Shown: piece after piece, positions 45,022 to 55,357 of the stretch
How the letters are laid out: every line of letters starts with the position of its first letter
How positions within the stretch are numbered: position 1 is the first letter of the stretch
NCBI GenBank assembly: GCA_040758355.1
Contig: JBFLWF010000009.1
Span: 30,203-94,202, forward strand
Length of the DNA stretch: 64,000 bases
Direction: 5' to 3'
Source: Nitrospirota bacterium
GTDB lineage: Bacteria; Nitrospirota; Thermodesulfovibrionia; Thermodesulfovibrionales; Dissulfurispiraceae
Notes under the pieces: generated by a model
The model's database searches: none
What the model saw: the letters and a program-made list of their open reading frames with translations, nothing else
What the model was told of the DNA's origin: nothing
Position numbers and translations under genes: made by a program

Positions 45022-46599
45022 TTATAGATTTATCACCTTGACATCAAGGATATTGGGGAGATTCTTTATCTCTTCCAAAGTTTTATCTTTTACAGGGGAA
45101 TCGATATTCACAACAGAAATAGCCGTCCCTCCTGCCTTCTCTCTGCCAAAATGCATTCTGGCGATATTTATATTATTTTTTCCTAAAAGCATCCCGATAT
45201 TGCCTATAACTCCCGGCTTGTCATTGTTATACATAAAGAGCATACTGCCTTCAGGAACTATTTCCACTGTAAAGTCATCTATTTTAACAATCCTCGGATC
45301 CCGCCTGCTGAAGAGCGTCCCTGTGACCGATAATGCCTTTTTAGGGGATTTGATCCTCATTGTTATTGCGCTCTGGTAGTCCCCTGCATCTGTGCTCTTT
45401 GTCTCTTTCACCTCTATTCCCCGCTCTTTTGCTATAAACGGTGCGTTCACAAAATTCACCGTTTCTTCCAGTATCGGCGTCAGTAATCCCTTGAGGGCAG
45501 CAATGGTTACTGGAGATATATTTAATTCAGAGGCGTCTCCCCTGTATTCAAGGGTGACCTCTGTGATGCCGCCGTCGAATATCTGGGACGCAAAACTTCC
45601 TATCTTCTCAGAAAGCGTTATGTAAGGCTGTAAGACAGCCACCTGATCTGCAGGTATGGACGGGAAGTTTACAGCATTTCGGATAGTCCCATGAACAAGA
45701 TAGTCCGCAATCTGCTCGGCAACCGCTATTGCCACATTTTCCTGCGCCTCCTGAGTTGATGCCCCGAGGTGCGGTGTGCAGACAACCTTTTCGTGCCCGA
45801 CCAATGGATTATTTTCCGGCGGCTCTTTTTCAAAGACATCCAGTGCAACCCCTGCAACTTTTCCGCTTTCGAGGGCATCGTAGATGTCTTTCTCATTTAC
45901 GATTCCGCCTCTTGCGCAGTTTATGATATAGACACCATCTTTCATGGTCTTTATTGTCTTTGTATTTATAAGATTCTTGGTCTCTGCTGTTAGGGGCGTG
46001 TGTATGGTTATGAAGTCAGCCTGCTTTATGAGCTCTGCAATCTCCATTTTCCTGATGCCCATTTTTTTTGCCTTTTCTTCGCTCAAAAACGGATCATAGG
46101 CAATCACATTCATTCCGAGCCCCTGCGCCCTTTTTGCAACCTCTCCACCTATATTTCCGAGTCCGATGACGCCAAGGGTTTTATTGAAAAGCTCTATACC
46201 CATGAACTTCTTTTTCTCCCACTGCCCCTTAGCCATAGAGGCATTTGCCTGAGGGATCTTTCTCGCAACAGCAAACATCATGGCAATGGTATGCTCTGCA
46301 GTTGTTATTGTGTTTCCACCTGGTGTATTCATGACCACAATACCCCTCTTCGAGGCAGAGGCCTTGTCTACATTATCGAGACCTGAACCTGCACGGCCTA
46401 TTACTTTAAGATTTTTTGCAGCATCGATGACGTCTGCTGTCACCTTTGTTGCGCTCCTTACAACAAGCGCATGATACTCTCCGATGACGGACTTCAACTC
46501 TTCTGGTTTAAGACCTGTTTTTACATCCACATTGAGTCCTGCCTTTTTAAGGATCTCGACTCCTTTTGATGAGATGTTGTCGCTAACAAGAACCTTCAT
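45022..46599 (-). CDS. serA: D-3-phosphoglycerate dehydrogenase
   Basis: VRSATKVT, GLGNIG, INCARGG, TPHLGAST, ASB and ACT domains. Confidence 0.96.
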   Translation of the reverse strand: MKVLVSDNISSKGVEILKKAGLNVDVKTGLKPEELKSVIGEYHALVVRSATKVTADVIDAAKNLKVIGRAGSGLDNVDKASASKRGIVVMNTPGGNTITTAEHTIAMMFAVARKIPQANASMAKGQWEKKKFMGIELFNKTLGVIGLGNIGGEVAKRAQGLGMNVIAYDPFLSEEKAKKMGIRKMEIAELIKQADFITIHTPLTAETKNLINTKTIKTMKDGVYIINCARGGIVNEKDIYDALESGKVAGVALDVFEKEPPENNPLVGHEKVVCTPHLGASTQEAQENVAIAVAEQIADYLVHGTIRNAVNFPSIPADQVAVLQPYITLSEKIGSFASQIFDGGITEVTLEYRGDASELNISPVTIAALKGLLTPILEETVNFVNAPFIAKERGIEVKETKSTDAGDYQSAITMRIKSPKKALSVTGTLFSRRDPRIVKIDDFTVEIVPEGSMLFMYNNDKPGVIGNIGMLLGKNNINIARMHFGREKAGGTAISVVNIDSPVKDKTLEEIKNLPNILDVKVINL

Positions 46600-46662
46600 A
46601 ACAAATACCTCCTTTTTATTTAGCTCCTCATAACAGAGTGAGCGGTATAGCAAGTGAATGAT

Positions 46663-46794
46663 AGCAGGTAATAAAGGTATTGCCGCTCATTCTCGAAAGG
46701 CATCCTGCCTTTCTCCGAGGCTACGCCAGCCCGCTTAAACATCCATGTTACGCTTGGGCTGCCGAAGCCGCTCTAATACCTTATATTACCTGCT
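46663..46794. repeat. Structured palindromic element with GGATG loops, copy 2
   Basis: AGCAGGTAATAAAGGTATT/AATACCTTATATTACCTGCT ends; core homologous to 12941-13070. Confidence 0.7.
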
Positions 46795-46802
46795 GTTTAT
46801 CT

Positions 46803-47942
46803 TTATTCCATCAACAATTCCTGAGCCTTTGCAACTCCTGTTCCTAATTTAACAGGATGGCCAAGCTGTTTCAGCACCATCTCCAGCGCTGCGATACCCG
46901 TAATTATATCGAATGTATCTGCATAGCCGAGGTGTGCGAGTCTGAATATCTTGCCCTTTGCCCTATCCTGGCCTCCTGCACCTGTGATACCGTATTTTTC
47001 ACGCAATGTTTTATAGACCAATTGACCATCGATTCCCTCAGGCATTTCAATGGCAGTGACAGAGTTGCTCGGCGATTCTTTCGAATATATGCCGAGACCC
47101 ATAGCCTTCACTGCTTCTCTTGTTGCATTGGCGAGCTTTGCATGCCTCTTGAATACATTCTCAAGTCCTTCCTTCTGCAATATCTTTATTGCTTCATTGA
47201 GTCCTATTATCAATGTAACTGCCGATGTGAAGTTTGTCTGGTTCTTTGCCAGATTCTCTCTCTCCTTCTTAAAATTGAAATAAAACCTCGGCATCTTCGA
47301 TGTCTCATTTTTCTTCCATGCCTTAGCGCTCACGCTCACAAAGGCGAGACCCGGAGGAAGCATCAATCCCTTCTGTGAACCTCCAACCATTATATCTATA
47401 TTCCACTCGTCTGTCTTTATGTCCTGCGCAACAAGTGCGCTTATTGCATCAACGACAAAGAGGGTATCAGGATAATTCTTTATTACCTTTCCGAGTCCTT
47501 CGATATCGTGATAGACACCAGTTGATGTCTCTGTTGCCTGAACAAAGACCGCCTTAATCTCAGGATCTTTCTTTAACGCAGCTTCAACCATATCGGGTTT
47601 TATTGAATGTCCCCAATCAACAACTATCTCTTCGACCTTTAATCCATACGCCTGGCATATCTTTGTCCATCTCTCGCCGAACTTTCCTCCGTTTATTACC
47701 AATACCTTTTCTCCGGGATTGAAGAAGTTATTTACAGCACCCACCATACCGCCTGTTCCTGTTGAAGCAAGTATGAGCACATCATTCTTTGTTTGAAAGA
47801 GCCACTGAAGTCCTTTTTTTGCAGAATCGAGCACAGGCAGAAAATCAGGAGACCTGTGATGTATTATGGGCATTGCCATCGAAAGCAGCACCTCCGGCGG
47901 CACAGGCGTTGGCCCGGGGGCTAAAAGGTATCTCTTTAACAT
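46803..47942 (-). CDS. Class V aminotransferase (serine-pyruvate/alanine-glyoxylate type)
   Basis: LLAPGPTPVP, ETSTGV, VDAIS, GSQKGLMLPPG; upstream of serA. Confidence 0.92.
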   Translation of the reverse strand: MLKRYLLAPGPTPVPPEVLLSMAMPIIHHRSPDFLPVLDSAKKGLQWLFQTKNDVLILASTGTGGMVGAVNNFFNPGEKVLVINGGKFGERWTKICQAYGLKVEEIVVDWGHSIKPDMVEAALKKDPEIKAVFVQATETSTGVYHDIEGLGKVIKNYPDTLFVVDAISALVAQDIKTDEWNIDIMVGGSQKGLMLPPGLAFVSVSAKAWKKNETSKMPRFYFNFKKERENLAKNQTNFTSAVTLIIGLNEAIKILQKEGLENVFKRHAKLANATREAVKAMGLGIYSKESPSNSVTAIEMPEGIDGQLVYKTLREKYGITGAGGQDRAKGKIFRLAHLGYADTFDIITGIAALEMVLKQLGHPVKLGTGVAKAQELLME

Positions 47943-48069
47943 AAATCCTCCAGATTGTTTTGTGTTTAAAGCCGAGTATGTATAATAATACAAACCCATT
48001 GTCTTTGAAAAGAGTTACATAAAGGGGTAAAATATAGGCAACAAAAAATATTAGACAGGAGTAAAGGGG

Positions 48070-49464
48070 ATGAATAAACAAAAGCTCTTGGCATCATTGC
48101 CGTCTGTTGACGAAATCTTAAAGTCCGAAAAGGGATTGGAATGGCAGGAATCATTCCCGAGGCGGTATGTGCTTAAGGCGATCCGCGAAGTTATCGAAGA
48201 AAAAAGGCAGGCAATTCTCAAGGATGAATTAAAAGAAATTTCGCAGGAGGCAATGCTTCCCGAAATTCAGAGCAGAATAGAGAGGCTCTCTTCATTCAGC
48301 CTTAAGCCCGTGATTAATGCAACAGGAGTTGTAATTCATACTAATTTAGGCAGGTCTGTGCTTTCCGAAGATATACTGGAGAATGTAAAAAAAGTCGCCT
48401 GCGGATATTCCAATCTTGAGTATGATCTTGAAAAAGGCGAAAGGGGCAAAAGATATTCTCATATCCAGAGATTATTGAACGAGATTACAGGTGCTGAGAG
48501 CAGTCTGATAGTTAATAACAATGCCGCGGCAGTATTTGTATGCCTGACTGCCCTTGCAAAAGGGAAAGAGGTCATTGTCTCAAGGGGAGAGCTTGTAGAG
48601 ATCGGAGGCTCTTTCAGGATACCAGATGTGATGAGCAGCAGCGGAGCGATTTTAAGAGAGGTAGGAACAACCAATAAAACACATCTTCATGATTATGAGA
48701 AGGCGATAAATGAAAATACAGCACTATTGTTAAAAGTGCATCAATCCAACTTCAGAACAATTGGTTTTACAAAACAGGTCGAGATCGAAGATCTTGTAAC
48801 ACTTGGAAGAAAGCATAACATACCGGTCATGTTTGACCTTGGAAGCGGATGCCTTGTTGATTTGAAGCCTTACGGTGTTCACATCGAGCCGACTGTTCAG
48901 GACATTGTAAAGTCCGGATGCGACATTGTTACCTTCAGCGGCGATAAACTTCTTGGAGGTCCTCAGGGAGGGGTAATAGCAGGAAAGGCAGAACTCATTG
49001 AAAAGATTGCAAAAAATCCACTCATGAGGGCAGTGAGGATTGACAAGCTCACACTCTCGGCATTTGAGGCAGTGCTTATGAGTTATCTCGATGAGGAGAA
49101 GGCTAAAAAAGATATTCCGACATTAAGGATGCTTTTACAGGATATAAATGAAATAAAGGCGAGGGCGAAAAAGATAGCAGCTAAATTGCACAGGGAAATA
49201 AAAGAAGATATCGCAAATATAGAGGTGATGGCTGACTCATCTCAATCAGGCGGCGGAGCATTGCCTGAGATTGAGTTCAAGACCTATGTTATCGCAATCA
49301 AGCCGAAAAAATTATCCGTCAATAAACTCGAAGAACGGCTTAGACATGGCAACCCTCCGATAATAGCGAGAATAAAAGAAGACGCATTAATTATAGATGC
49401 GAGGACAGTGAGGGATAGGGAGACTGAGGTGCTGGTGAAGGGGATTTCAGGGGTATTGCTGTAA
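48070..49464 (+). CDS. selA: L-seryl-tRNA(Sec) selenium transferase
   Basis: VINATGVVIHTNLGR, VNNNAAAV, EIGGSFRIP, FSGDKLLGGPQ. Confidence 0.97.
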   Translation: MNKQKLLASLPSVDEILKSEKGLEWQESFPRRYVLKAIREVIEEKRQAILKDELKEISQEAMLPEIQSRIERLSSFSLKPVINATGVVIHTNLGRSVLSEDILENVKKVACGYSNLEYDLEKGERGKRYSHIQRLLNEITGAESSLIVNNNAAAVFVCLTALAKGKEVIVSRGELVEIGGSFRIPDVMSSSGAILREVGTTNKTHLHDYEKAINENTALLLKVHQSNFRTIGFTKQVEIEDLVTLGRKHNIPVMFDLGSGCLVDLKPYGVHIEPTVQDIVKSGCDIVTFSGDKLLGGPQGGVIAGKAELIEKIAKNPLMRAVRIDKLTLSAFEAVLMSYLDEEKAKKDIPTLRMLLQDINEIKARAKKIAAKLHREIKEDIANIEVMADSSQSGGGALPEIEFKTYVIAIKPKKLSVNKLEERLRHGNPPIIARIKEDALIIDARTVRDRETEVLVKGISGVLL

Positions 49465-49482
49465 TAACTAAAAAGCAACCAC

Positions 49483-49950
49483 ATGCAAAAAGAACAGAAA
49501 CCTTATGTAGAAATCTTTGCTGACGGAGCGTGCAGCGGAAACCCCGGTGTTGGCGGCTTTGGAGCGATTTTGCGTTCTGGCGAAAAAGAAAAGGAAATAT
49601 CGGGCTGCGACGAGATGACGACAAACAACAGGATGGAGCTTCTTGCAGTTATCTCTGCATTAGAAGCCCTGAAAAAACCATGTAGGATAACTGTAACGAC
49701 AGATTCAAATTATGTTGTAAAGGGCATGACCGAATGGATTCAAAGCTGGATAAGGAACAAGTGGAAAACATCACAGAAAAAGGATGTGCTGAACAGGGAT
49801 TTATGGGAAAGGCTTTTAAAGGCTTCGTCTCAGCACGAGGTCAAATGGAAATGGATAAAGGGCCACAACGGCCATACTGAAAACGAGCGGTGCGATGAAC
49901 TCGCGAGGAAAGCGATTAAAAAATGCAAGAGGAGAATGGAAGATCAATAA
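49483..49950 (+). CDS. rnhA: Ribonuclease HI
   Basis: [33 protein letters not shown]. Confidence 0.97.
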   Translation: MQKEQKPYVEIFADGACSGNPGVGGFGAILRSGEKEKEISGCDEMTTNNRMELLAVISALEALKKPCRITVTTDSNYVVKGMTEWIQSWIRNKWKTSQKKDVLNRDLWERLLKASSQHEVKWKWIKGHNGHTENERCDELARKAIKKCKRRMEDQ

Positions 49951-49956
49951 AGAACA

Positions 49957-50994
49957 ATGACTATCCGCGAGCAAACAGAAGATATAGAAAAACAAATCCT
50001 GCATCCCAATGCGTGCCCGAGCTCTAAAAGCAGGGGAAGGGCAAGACCTGAGAAGGAAGATGATTTAAGGACATGTTTTCAGAGGGACAGGGACAGGATT
50101 ATCCATTCAAAGGCATTTCGCAGATTAAAGCATAAAACACAGGTTTTTCTTGCACCGAAGGGAGACCATTATAGAACAAGGCTAACCCATGTGCTCGAGG
50201 TATCACAGATAGCAAGGACAATTGCGAGGGCATTAAGACTTAATGAAGACCTTGTAGAGGCTATTGCCCTTGGCCACGATTTGGGACACACACCTTTTGG
50301 ACATGCAGGAGAGGCGATTTTAAGGGAGATTAACCCAGGAGGCTTTGACCATTACAAGCAAAGCCTGAGAGTTGTTGATTTTCTTGAGAAAAATGGACAG
50401 GGGCTCAATCTCACTTATGAAGTTAGGGATGGAATTGTTAAACACTCAAAGGGCAAAGGCTTAATAGTATCAGATAGTCCCAAAGACAAACCTGCAACCC
50501 TTGAAGGGCAGGTTGTCCGCATATCCGATATTATCGCCTATGTGAACCACGACCTCGACGATGCCATAAGGGCAGGAGTTGTTAGGAGGGCGGAAGTGCC
50601 AAAGGAGATAATTAAGGTCATAGGAGAGGCATATTCAAAGCGCATAGATACAATGGTGCGGGATGTCATTGAGGCAAGCAGTGCCACAAGTCTTACAAAT
50701 ATAGTCATGAGCGAAGATATATCTTTTGTTGTTTATAAACTCAGAGACTTTCTCTTCGAGAGGGTTTATGAGAGCGAAGGCATAATAAGGGAGTTCAACA
50801 AGGCAAAGGATATTCTAAAAGCCCTATACGAGTATCACCTTGAGCATATAGATGAGGTTTTTAAGGATATCCCCCCCGAGAAAAAGCTGGACAGGCACAG
50901 AATGGTCTGCGATTTTATTGCAGGCATGACCGACAGCTTTGCCTTTATGACATATGAAAGGCTTTTCCTGCCGGAGCAGTGGAAGGTGCTTTAA
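49957..50994 (+). CDS. dgt: dGTP triphosphohydrolase-like HD protein
   Basis: [39 protein letters not shown]. Confidence 0.92.
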   Translation: MTIREQTEDIEKQILHPNACPSSKSRGRARPEKEDDLRTCFQRDRDRIIHSKAFRRLKHKTQVFLAPKGDHYRTRLTHVLEVSQIARTIARALRLNEDLVEAIALGHDLGHTPFGHAGEAILREINPGGFDHYKQSLRVVDFLEKNGQGLNLTYEVRDGIVKHSKGKGLIVSDSPKDKPATLEGQVVRISDIIAYVNHDLDDAIRAGVVRRAEVPKEIIKVIGEAYSKRIDTMVRDVIEASSATSLTNIVMSEDISFVVYKLRDFLFERVYESEGIIREFNKAKDILKALYEYHLEHIDEVFKDIPPEKKLDRHRMVCDFIAGMTDSFAFMTYERLFLPEQWKVL

Positions 50995-53363
50995 TGTTCC
51001 ACGTGGAACACTCCCTCGAAATTCTTGAGTTCAATAAGCTACTCGGAATAATCGCTGGCTTTGCAAAGAGCGATGCTTCCCGAAAGGCTGTTCTGGTTAT
51101 TTCTCCTCTCAACAGCATTGAGGAAATAAATAAAAGACTCCGGCTGATAGAGGAGATAAGGCGCATGTCCCAGAAGGGCAAGCCCTTAAGCATCTCGCCA
51201 TTCCCTGATATCGAGCCTCTTTTGCGGAGGGTTCGTCCTGAAGGCGCTGTCTTAGATCCGGTGGAGCTTTCGGGAATAATGGCCTTTTTAAGTACTGCCA
51301 ATTCTATTTTGAGTCAGATCAGAGATGACACGGACATATCTTTCTTGAATAGTCTTACCGAAGGAATGACAGGCCATCCAGAAATCCTTAAGGTGCTCAA
51401 GCGCTCAATAGACAGCGAAGGCAATATCCTCGACAGTGCCTCGCCTTTATTAAAGGAACTGCGGATAAGGATAAAAGGCCTCGAAAACAGGATAAGGAAG
51501 AAACTCGAAGAGATCACGAGGGATGAGAGGGTTGCTGTCTTTCTTCGGGATGATTTTATAACACAGAGGTCTGGGAGATGGGTCATACCTGTAAGGATGG
51601 ACTCAAAAGGTCAGGTTCAGGGTGTTGTCCACGATGTATCGAGGTCTGGAGAGACTGCCTTCATAGAGCCTCTTTCTATAATAAGCCTTTCCAATGAGCT
51701 CGAAAACCTCATTGCAGAGCAAAAGGCCGAGGAAATAAGGATTCTTAGAAATATAAGCGCTAATATAAGGGCTGTGGTTTCTGAAATCGATGGTGAATAC
51801 AGGACTGTGGTTTACATAGATGTGCTTCACTCCGTAGCCTGTTTTGCAGACAAACTCCAGATGGAGTCGCCACAGATAGATGAGAGAAATGAAATAAGGC
51901 TTGTGAATGCACGGCATCCGCTTTTAATGCTTGCATTTCAGAAAAAAGACACGCCTCAGCAGGTCATCCCGCTCGATATGAAACTCGGCGGCAACAATGC
52001 AGTGATGGTGATAACAGGGCCAAATGCAGGAGGAAAGACCATTACCATAAAAACCATAGGGCTTTTGCTTCTAATGGCTCTTTCGGGCATGCCCATCCCT
52101 GCTGATTCTTCGTCAAGCCTTCCCCTTGTTCACAATCTGCTTGTTGATATAGGCGACCAGCAGTCTATTGAGAGCAATCTGTCCACTTTTTCCGCTCATG
52201 TATCAAATATCTCCGGAATACTAAAAAATGCAGATTCAGGGACGATTACACTCATAGACGAACTCGGCACAGGCACAGATCCGGATGAAGGCGCTGCCCT
52301 TGCATGCGCTATACTTAAGGAACTTAAAAACAAAGGCGCATTGGTATTTGCAACAACACATCTTACAGAGATAAAGGGTTTTGTCCATAAGACAGAAGGG
52401 ATGCTCAATGCCTCCATGGAATTCGACCAGAATACCCTAACACCACTTTATAAATTAAGGGTTGGTGAGCCGGGACAGTCCCATGCCTTTGAGACAGCAA
52501 AGAGATATGGATTGCCTGATGAAATCATCGAATCCGCAAAGGGTATTTTAGGAATAAGGAAAATAGAGCTCGACACCCTGATTCACGACCTCAACGAAAA
52601 AAGAAGGCAATATGAAAGGTCGTCTGGCGAGCTTCGGCAAAAAGAGGCAGCTATAAAGGAAGAGGAAAGACATCTCAAGGAGATGATGCAGGAGGCGGAG
52701 ACCCGACAAAAGGATATTCTTTCCAATGCTTACAAAGAGGCATCCGAGATCATTTTCAATATAAAGAGGCAGATGAATGCCTTTTTAGAAGATATTAAGA
52801 AAAGGGATAGAGAAGGGGCAAAGGAAGTCATAAAAGAGGTCGAGTCGGTTCAGGCGTCTGTTGCAGAAAAAGTAAAGGAATATGCTAAAAGCGAGGAGTC
52901 CAAATTCACGATAGACGAACTCAATGAAGGCGATATCGTTTTCATAAAATCAATAGGACATGATGCAACAATAATCAATATCAATCTCAAAGATAATCGC
53001 TTGCGGGTCAGGGCAGGAAGCATGGAGATGGAGGTGCCCCTGTCGGATGTCGGCTTTAAAAAAGATTTGTCTGCAGAAGCAGAAAAAGGCGACATTTGGG
53101 TGGAAAGGCTGGATGAGGCTGTGTCTTCAGAGATTAATATTGTCGGATTAAGGGTTGACGAGGCATTATCGAGGCTTGAGCCATTTCTAAATCACGCCTC
53201 GCTGGTCGGATTCTCTGAAATCACTATTATCCACGGAGTGGGAACCGGCATCCTTTCTAAGGCTGTGCGCGAATACCTGACAGGGCACCCCCTTGTAAAG
53301 GGATTCAGGAGCGGCGCGCTGGGCGAGGGAGGGGCAGGGATTACAATAGTAAGCATGAAGTGA
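50994..53363 (+). CDS. mutS2: MutS2 endonuclease
   Basis: ITGPNAGGKT, LSTFSAH, DELGTGTDP, C-terminal Smr (IIHGVGTGIL). Confidence 0.95.
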   Translation: MFHVEHSLEILEFNKLLGIIAGFAKSDASRKAVLVISPLNSIEEINKRLRLIEEIRRMSQKGKPLSISPFPDIEPLLRRVRPEGAVLDPVELSGIMAFLSTANSILSQIRDDTDISFLNSLTEGMTGHPEILKVLKRSIDSEGNILDSASPLLKELRIRIKGLENRIRKKLEEITRDERVAVFLRDDFITQRSGRWVIPVRMDSKGQVQGVVHDVSRSGETAFIEPLSIISLSNELENLIAEQKAEEIRILRNISANIRAVVSEIDGEYRTVVYIDVLHSVACFADKLQMESPQIDERNEIRLVNARHPLLMLAFQKKDTPQQVIPLDMKLGGNNAVMVITGPNAGGKTITIKTIGLLLLMALSGMPIPADSSSSLPLVHNLLVDIGDQQSIESNLSTFSAHVSNISGILKNADSGTITLIDELGTGTDPDEGAALACAILKELKNKGALVFATTHLTEIKGFVHKTEGMLNASMEFDQNTLTPLYKLRVGEPGQSHAFETAKRYGLPDEIIESAKGILGIRKIELDTLIHDLNEKRRQYERSSGELRQKEAAIKEEERHLKEMMQEAETRQKDILSNAYKEASEIIFNIKRQMNAFLEDIKKRDREGAKEVIKEVESVQASVAEKVKEYAKSEESKFTIDELNEGDIVFIKSIGHDATIININLKDNRLRVRAGSMEMEVPLSDVGFKKDLSAEAEKGDIWVERLDEAVSSEINIVGLRVDEALSRLEPFLNHASLVGFSEITIIHGVGTGILSKAVREYLTGHPLVKGFRSGALGEGGAGITIVSMK
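50995..51010. other. parS site
   Basis: TGTTCCACGTGGAACA perfect palindrome matching the ParB-binding consensus. Confidence 0.85.
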
Positions 53364-53651
53364 TTGCCAGTAATCAGCAATGACACCATTATAGATATAG
53401 ATGGAAAGCAGGCATGGGTGAAAAGCCTTTATCAGCGATATCTCAGCGCCGAGCCCTCCCGCTGTTTAAGGGCAATTTCAGTATCACTTTTGCATTCAGC
53501 AGTATAAACAGGCAGCAAAATAATCTCGTCGCATTGATAAAGGCTTTGAAGCCGTGCCTGCTTTGCTTAATTGCGGGATTGCGTTTGGGCTTGTGGATGG
53601 GGTATAAATATATAACTGTTTAGCAATGTTTGAAAAAAGGAGGTGAGGCAA

Positions 53652-53870
53652 GTGGCAGAAAAAGCTAATGGGGTTTGCTGGTCATCAATTATAATTCTGG
53701 CTGTCTTTTGTATCCTGGCTGGATTCGGAGGAGGTATCACAGTTCAAAATGTGTTGAGCAGTAACCATGCCGGCTGGGTGCCTGTGGGATATGGGGTTGT
53801 TGCCGGAATATTTACAGCAATGTCCGCTGTTATATTCATGCAGGTTTTTTCATCCTTAAAGCAGAAATAG
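53652..53870 (+). CDS. Small two-TM membrane protein
   Basis: Strong RBS AAGGAGGTGA before GTG 53652; two hydrophobic segments; terminator-like hairpin at 53891-53921. Confidence 0.6.
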   Translation: MAEKANGVCWSSIIILAVFCILAGFGGGITVQNVLSSNHAGWVPVGYGVVAGIFTAMSAVIFMQVFSSLKQK

Positions 53871-53933
53871 ATTTTTAGGAATGGGCTTATAGGGATAAGG
53901 CAGAAATTAGCCTTATCCTTTATTTTTGATAAC

Positions 53934-54132
53934 TTGAGCGATCATATATGTCAGGCACTGCTCAAAGACTTTAAAAAGTGCTATTTCAAGTGTATATAGA
54001 AGATTATAAATGCATCATCCATCAAGTATCCAATGTAGTAGATGACGGATACAAGATAAATGTTAATACAAGTGCGGAGTTTAAAGTCTTTTCGTCGCAC
54101 CTGACATGCATTTTAAGCATAAAATCGCTCAA
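53934..54132 (+). repeat. ~200-nt long-palindromic element, subfamily B copy 2
   Basis: TTGAGCGAT/ATCGCTCAA and ATGTCAGG/CCTGACAT stems; ~50-nt core identical to the 31426-31625 copy. Confidence 0.85.
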
Positions 54133-54168
54133 ATTAAGTATAATGAATTAGTTAATTGTGATTTATTT

Positions 54169-54546
54169 ATGATAAATTTTGCGGTAAGTGAAGAAAAAAA
54201 CAAATGGCTCGGGGAGAAAATGGAGTCTCTCGGAATTAGCGAGTTTGACATTGAGGAGAAGTTTATTCGCTCATCTGGCAAAGGAGGCCAGAATGTTAAC
54301 AAGACCGCCACATGCGTTTATCTCAAGCACATCCCAACAGGCATAGAAGTGAAATGCATGAAGGATAGGAGTCAGTCCATCAACCGCTTCCTCGCCAGAC
54401 GGGAGCTTATAGAGAGAATTGAGAAGCTGTCCGGCAAAAAGACAAATGAAGACATAAAAAAGGGAAAGATAAGGAGACAGAAGGCGAAGAGGAGAAAGAG
54501 GGCGAGGTTGAAGCACGAGCACACTGATAGCCCACCAAATCAATAA
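54169..54546 (+). CDS. RF-1-domain peptidyl-tRNA hydrolase (ArfB-like)
   Basis: FIRSSGKGGQNVNK, RSQSINR, basic C-terminal tail. Confidence 0.85.
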   Translation: MINFAVSEEKNKWLGEKMESLGISEFDIEEKFIRSSGKGGQNVNKTATCVYLKHIPTGIEVKCMKDRSQSINRFLARRELIERIEKLSGKKTNEDIKKGKIRRQKAKRRKRARLKHEHTDSPPNQ

Positions 54547-54550
54547 GTCA

Positions 54551-54566
54551 TGTTCCACGTGGAACA
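54551..54566. other. parS site
   Basis: TGTTCCACGTGGAACA, second identical copy. Confidence 0.85.
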
Positions 54567-54579
54567 TAACCCTACTCTG

Positions 54580-54785
54580 AATTGCACAAAGTATGGCAGC
54601 AGGTGTGCTGAAAAGACTTTACACTTCAGAATATCGTAAGACATCATACTTGAATCCGTCACCTACTACATTGCTATCTGTTTAGGCAAGAGCGTTATTA
54701 GTCTTCTGATATGCACAAAGGGCAACGACTTTGTAAAGGCTTTGATGCACACCTGCTGCCATAGCGTGGTAATACTTGCGCAATT
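54580..54785 (-). repeat. ~200-nt long-palindromic element, subfamily A copy 2
   Basis: Perfect 17-bp IR TATGGCAGCAGGTGTGC/GCACACCTGCTGCCATA (54592-54763) plus outer IR. Confidence 0.85.
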
Positions 54786-54848
54786 TTTATCATTATAATA
54801 TGGTAAACTATCTATCTTTGGTAGAAACTAAAAGCATGAGGAGAAGAA

Positions 54849-55277
54849 ATGGCGGCGGTTAAACAAGGAGATACAATAAGGATCCGTTATGTTGGAAGGC
54901 TCGAAGACGGCACAGTATTTGATTCCTCGGAAGGTCGTCCTCCTCTTGAATTCAGTGTAGGCGGAGGAGAGGTTATCCCGGGTCTTGAGCAGGGAGTCGC
55001 AGGAATGAGCATCGGGGAAACTAAGACTATTACAATTCCCGCGGAACTTGGATACGGCCAGTACATTAAAGAACGTGTCTTTGAGATGGACAGGAAGAAG
55101 ATGCCTGGCAATTTTAATATAGAGGCGGGATTGAGGCTGCAAATGTACAGGGCTGACGGCATGCCCATGATGGTCACAGTAGTGGGCATATCCGAGAACA
55201 CACTGACAATGGACTGCAATCATCCCCTTGCAGGCAAGACTTTGATATTCGATGCCACGCTGGTTGCGATAGTATAA
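54849..55277 (+). CDS. FKBP-type peptidyl-prolyl isomerase (SlyD/FkpB-like)
   Basis: Y.GRLEDGTVFDSS, VIPGLE, D.NHPLAGKTL.F. Confidence 0.92.
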   Translation: MAAVKQGDTIRIRYVGRLEDGTVFDSSEGRPPLEFSVGGGEVIPGLEQGVAGMSIGETKTITIPAELGYGQYIKERVFEMDRKKMPGNFNIEAGLRLQMYRADGMPMMVTVVGISENTLTMDCNHPLAGKTLIFDATLVAIV

Positions 55278-55357
55278 ATACTTATTTTTCAATGGGTTAT
55301 GATTAAGCGACAGCATGAAGTATTATAATCAACCACTCTTGAACATAGTAAGAACCT

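Noticed and set aside
53364..53623. Short ORFs after mutS2, including a minus-strand DEIILLPVY fragment faintly like a Mur ligase C-terminus
   Set aside because: Too short, no clear start or RBS; cannot be supported without a search.
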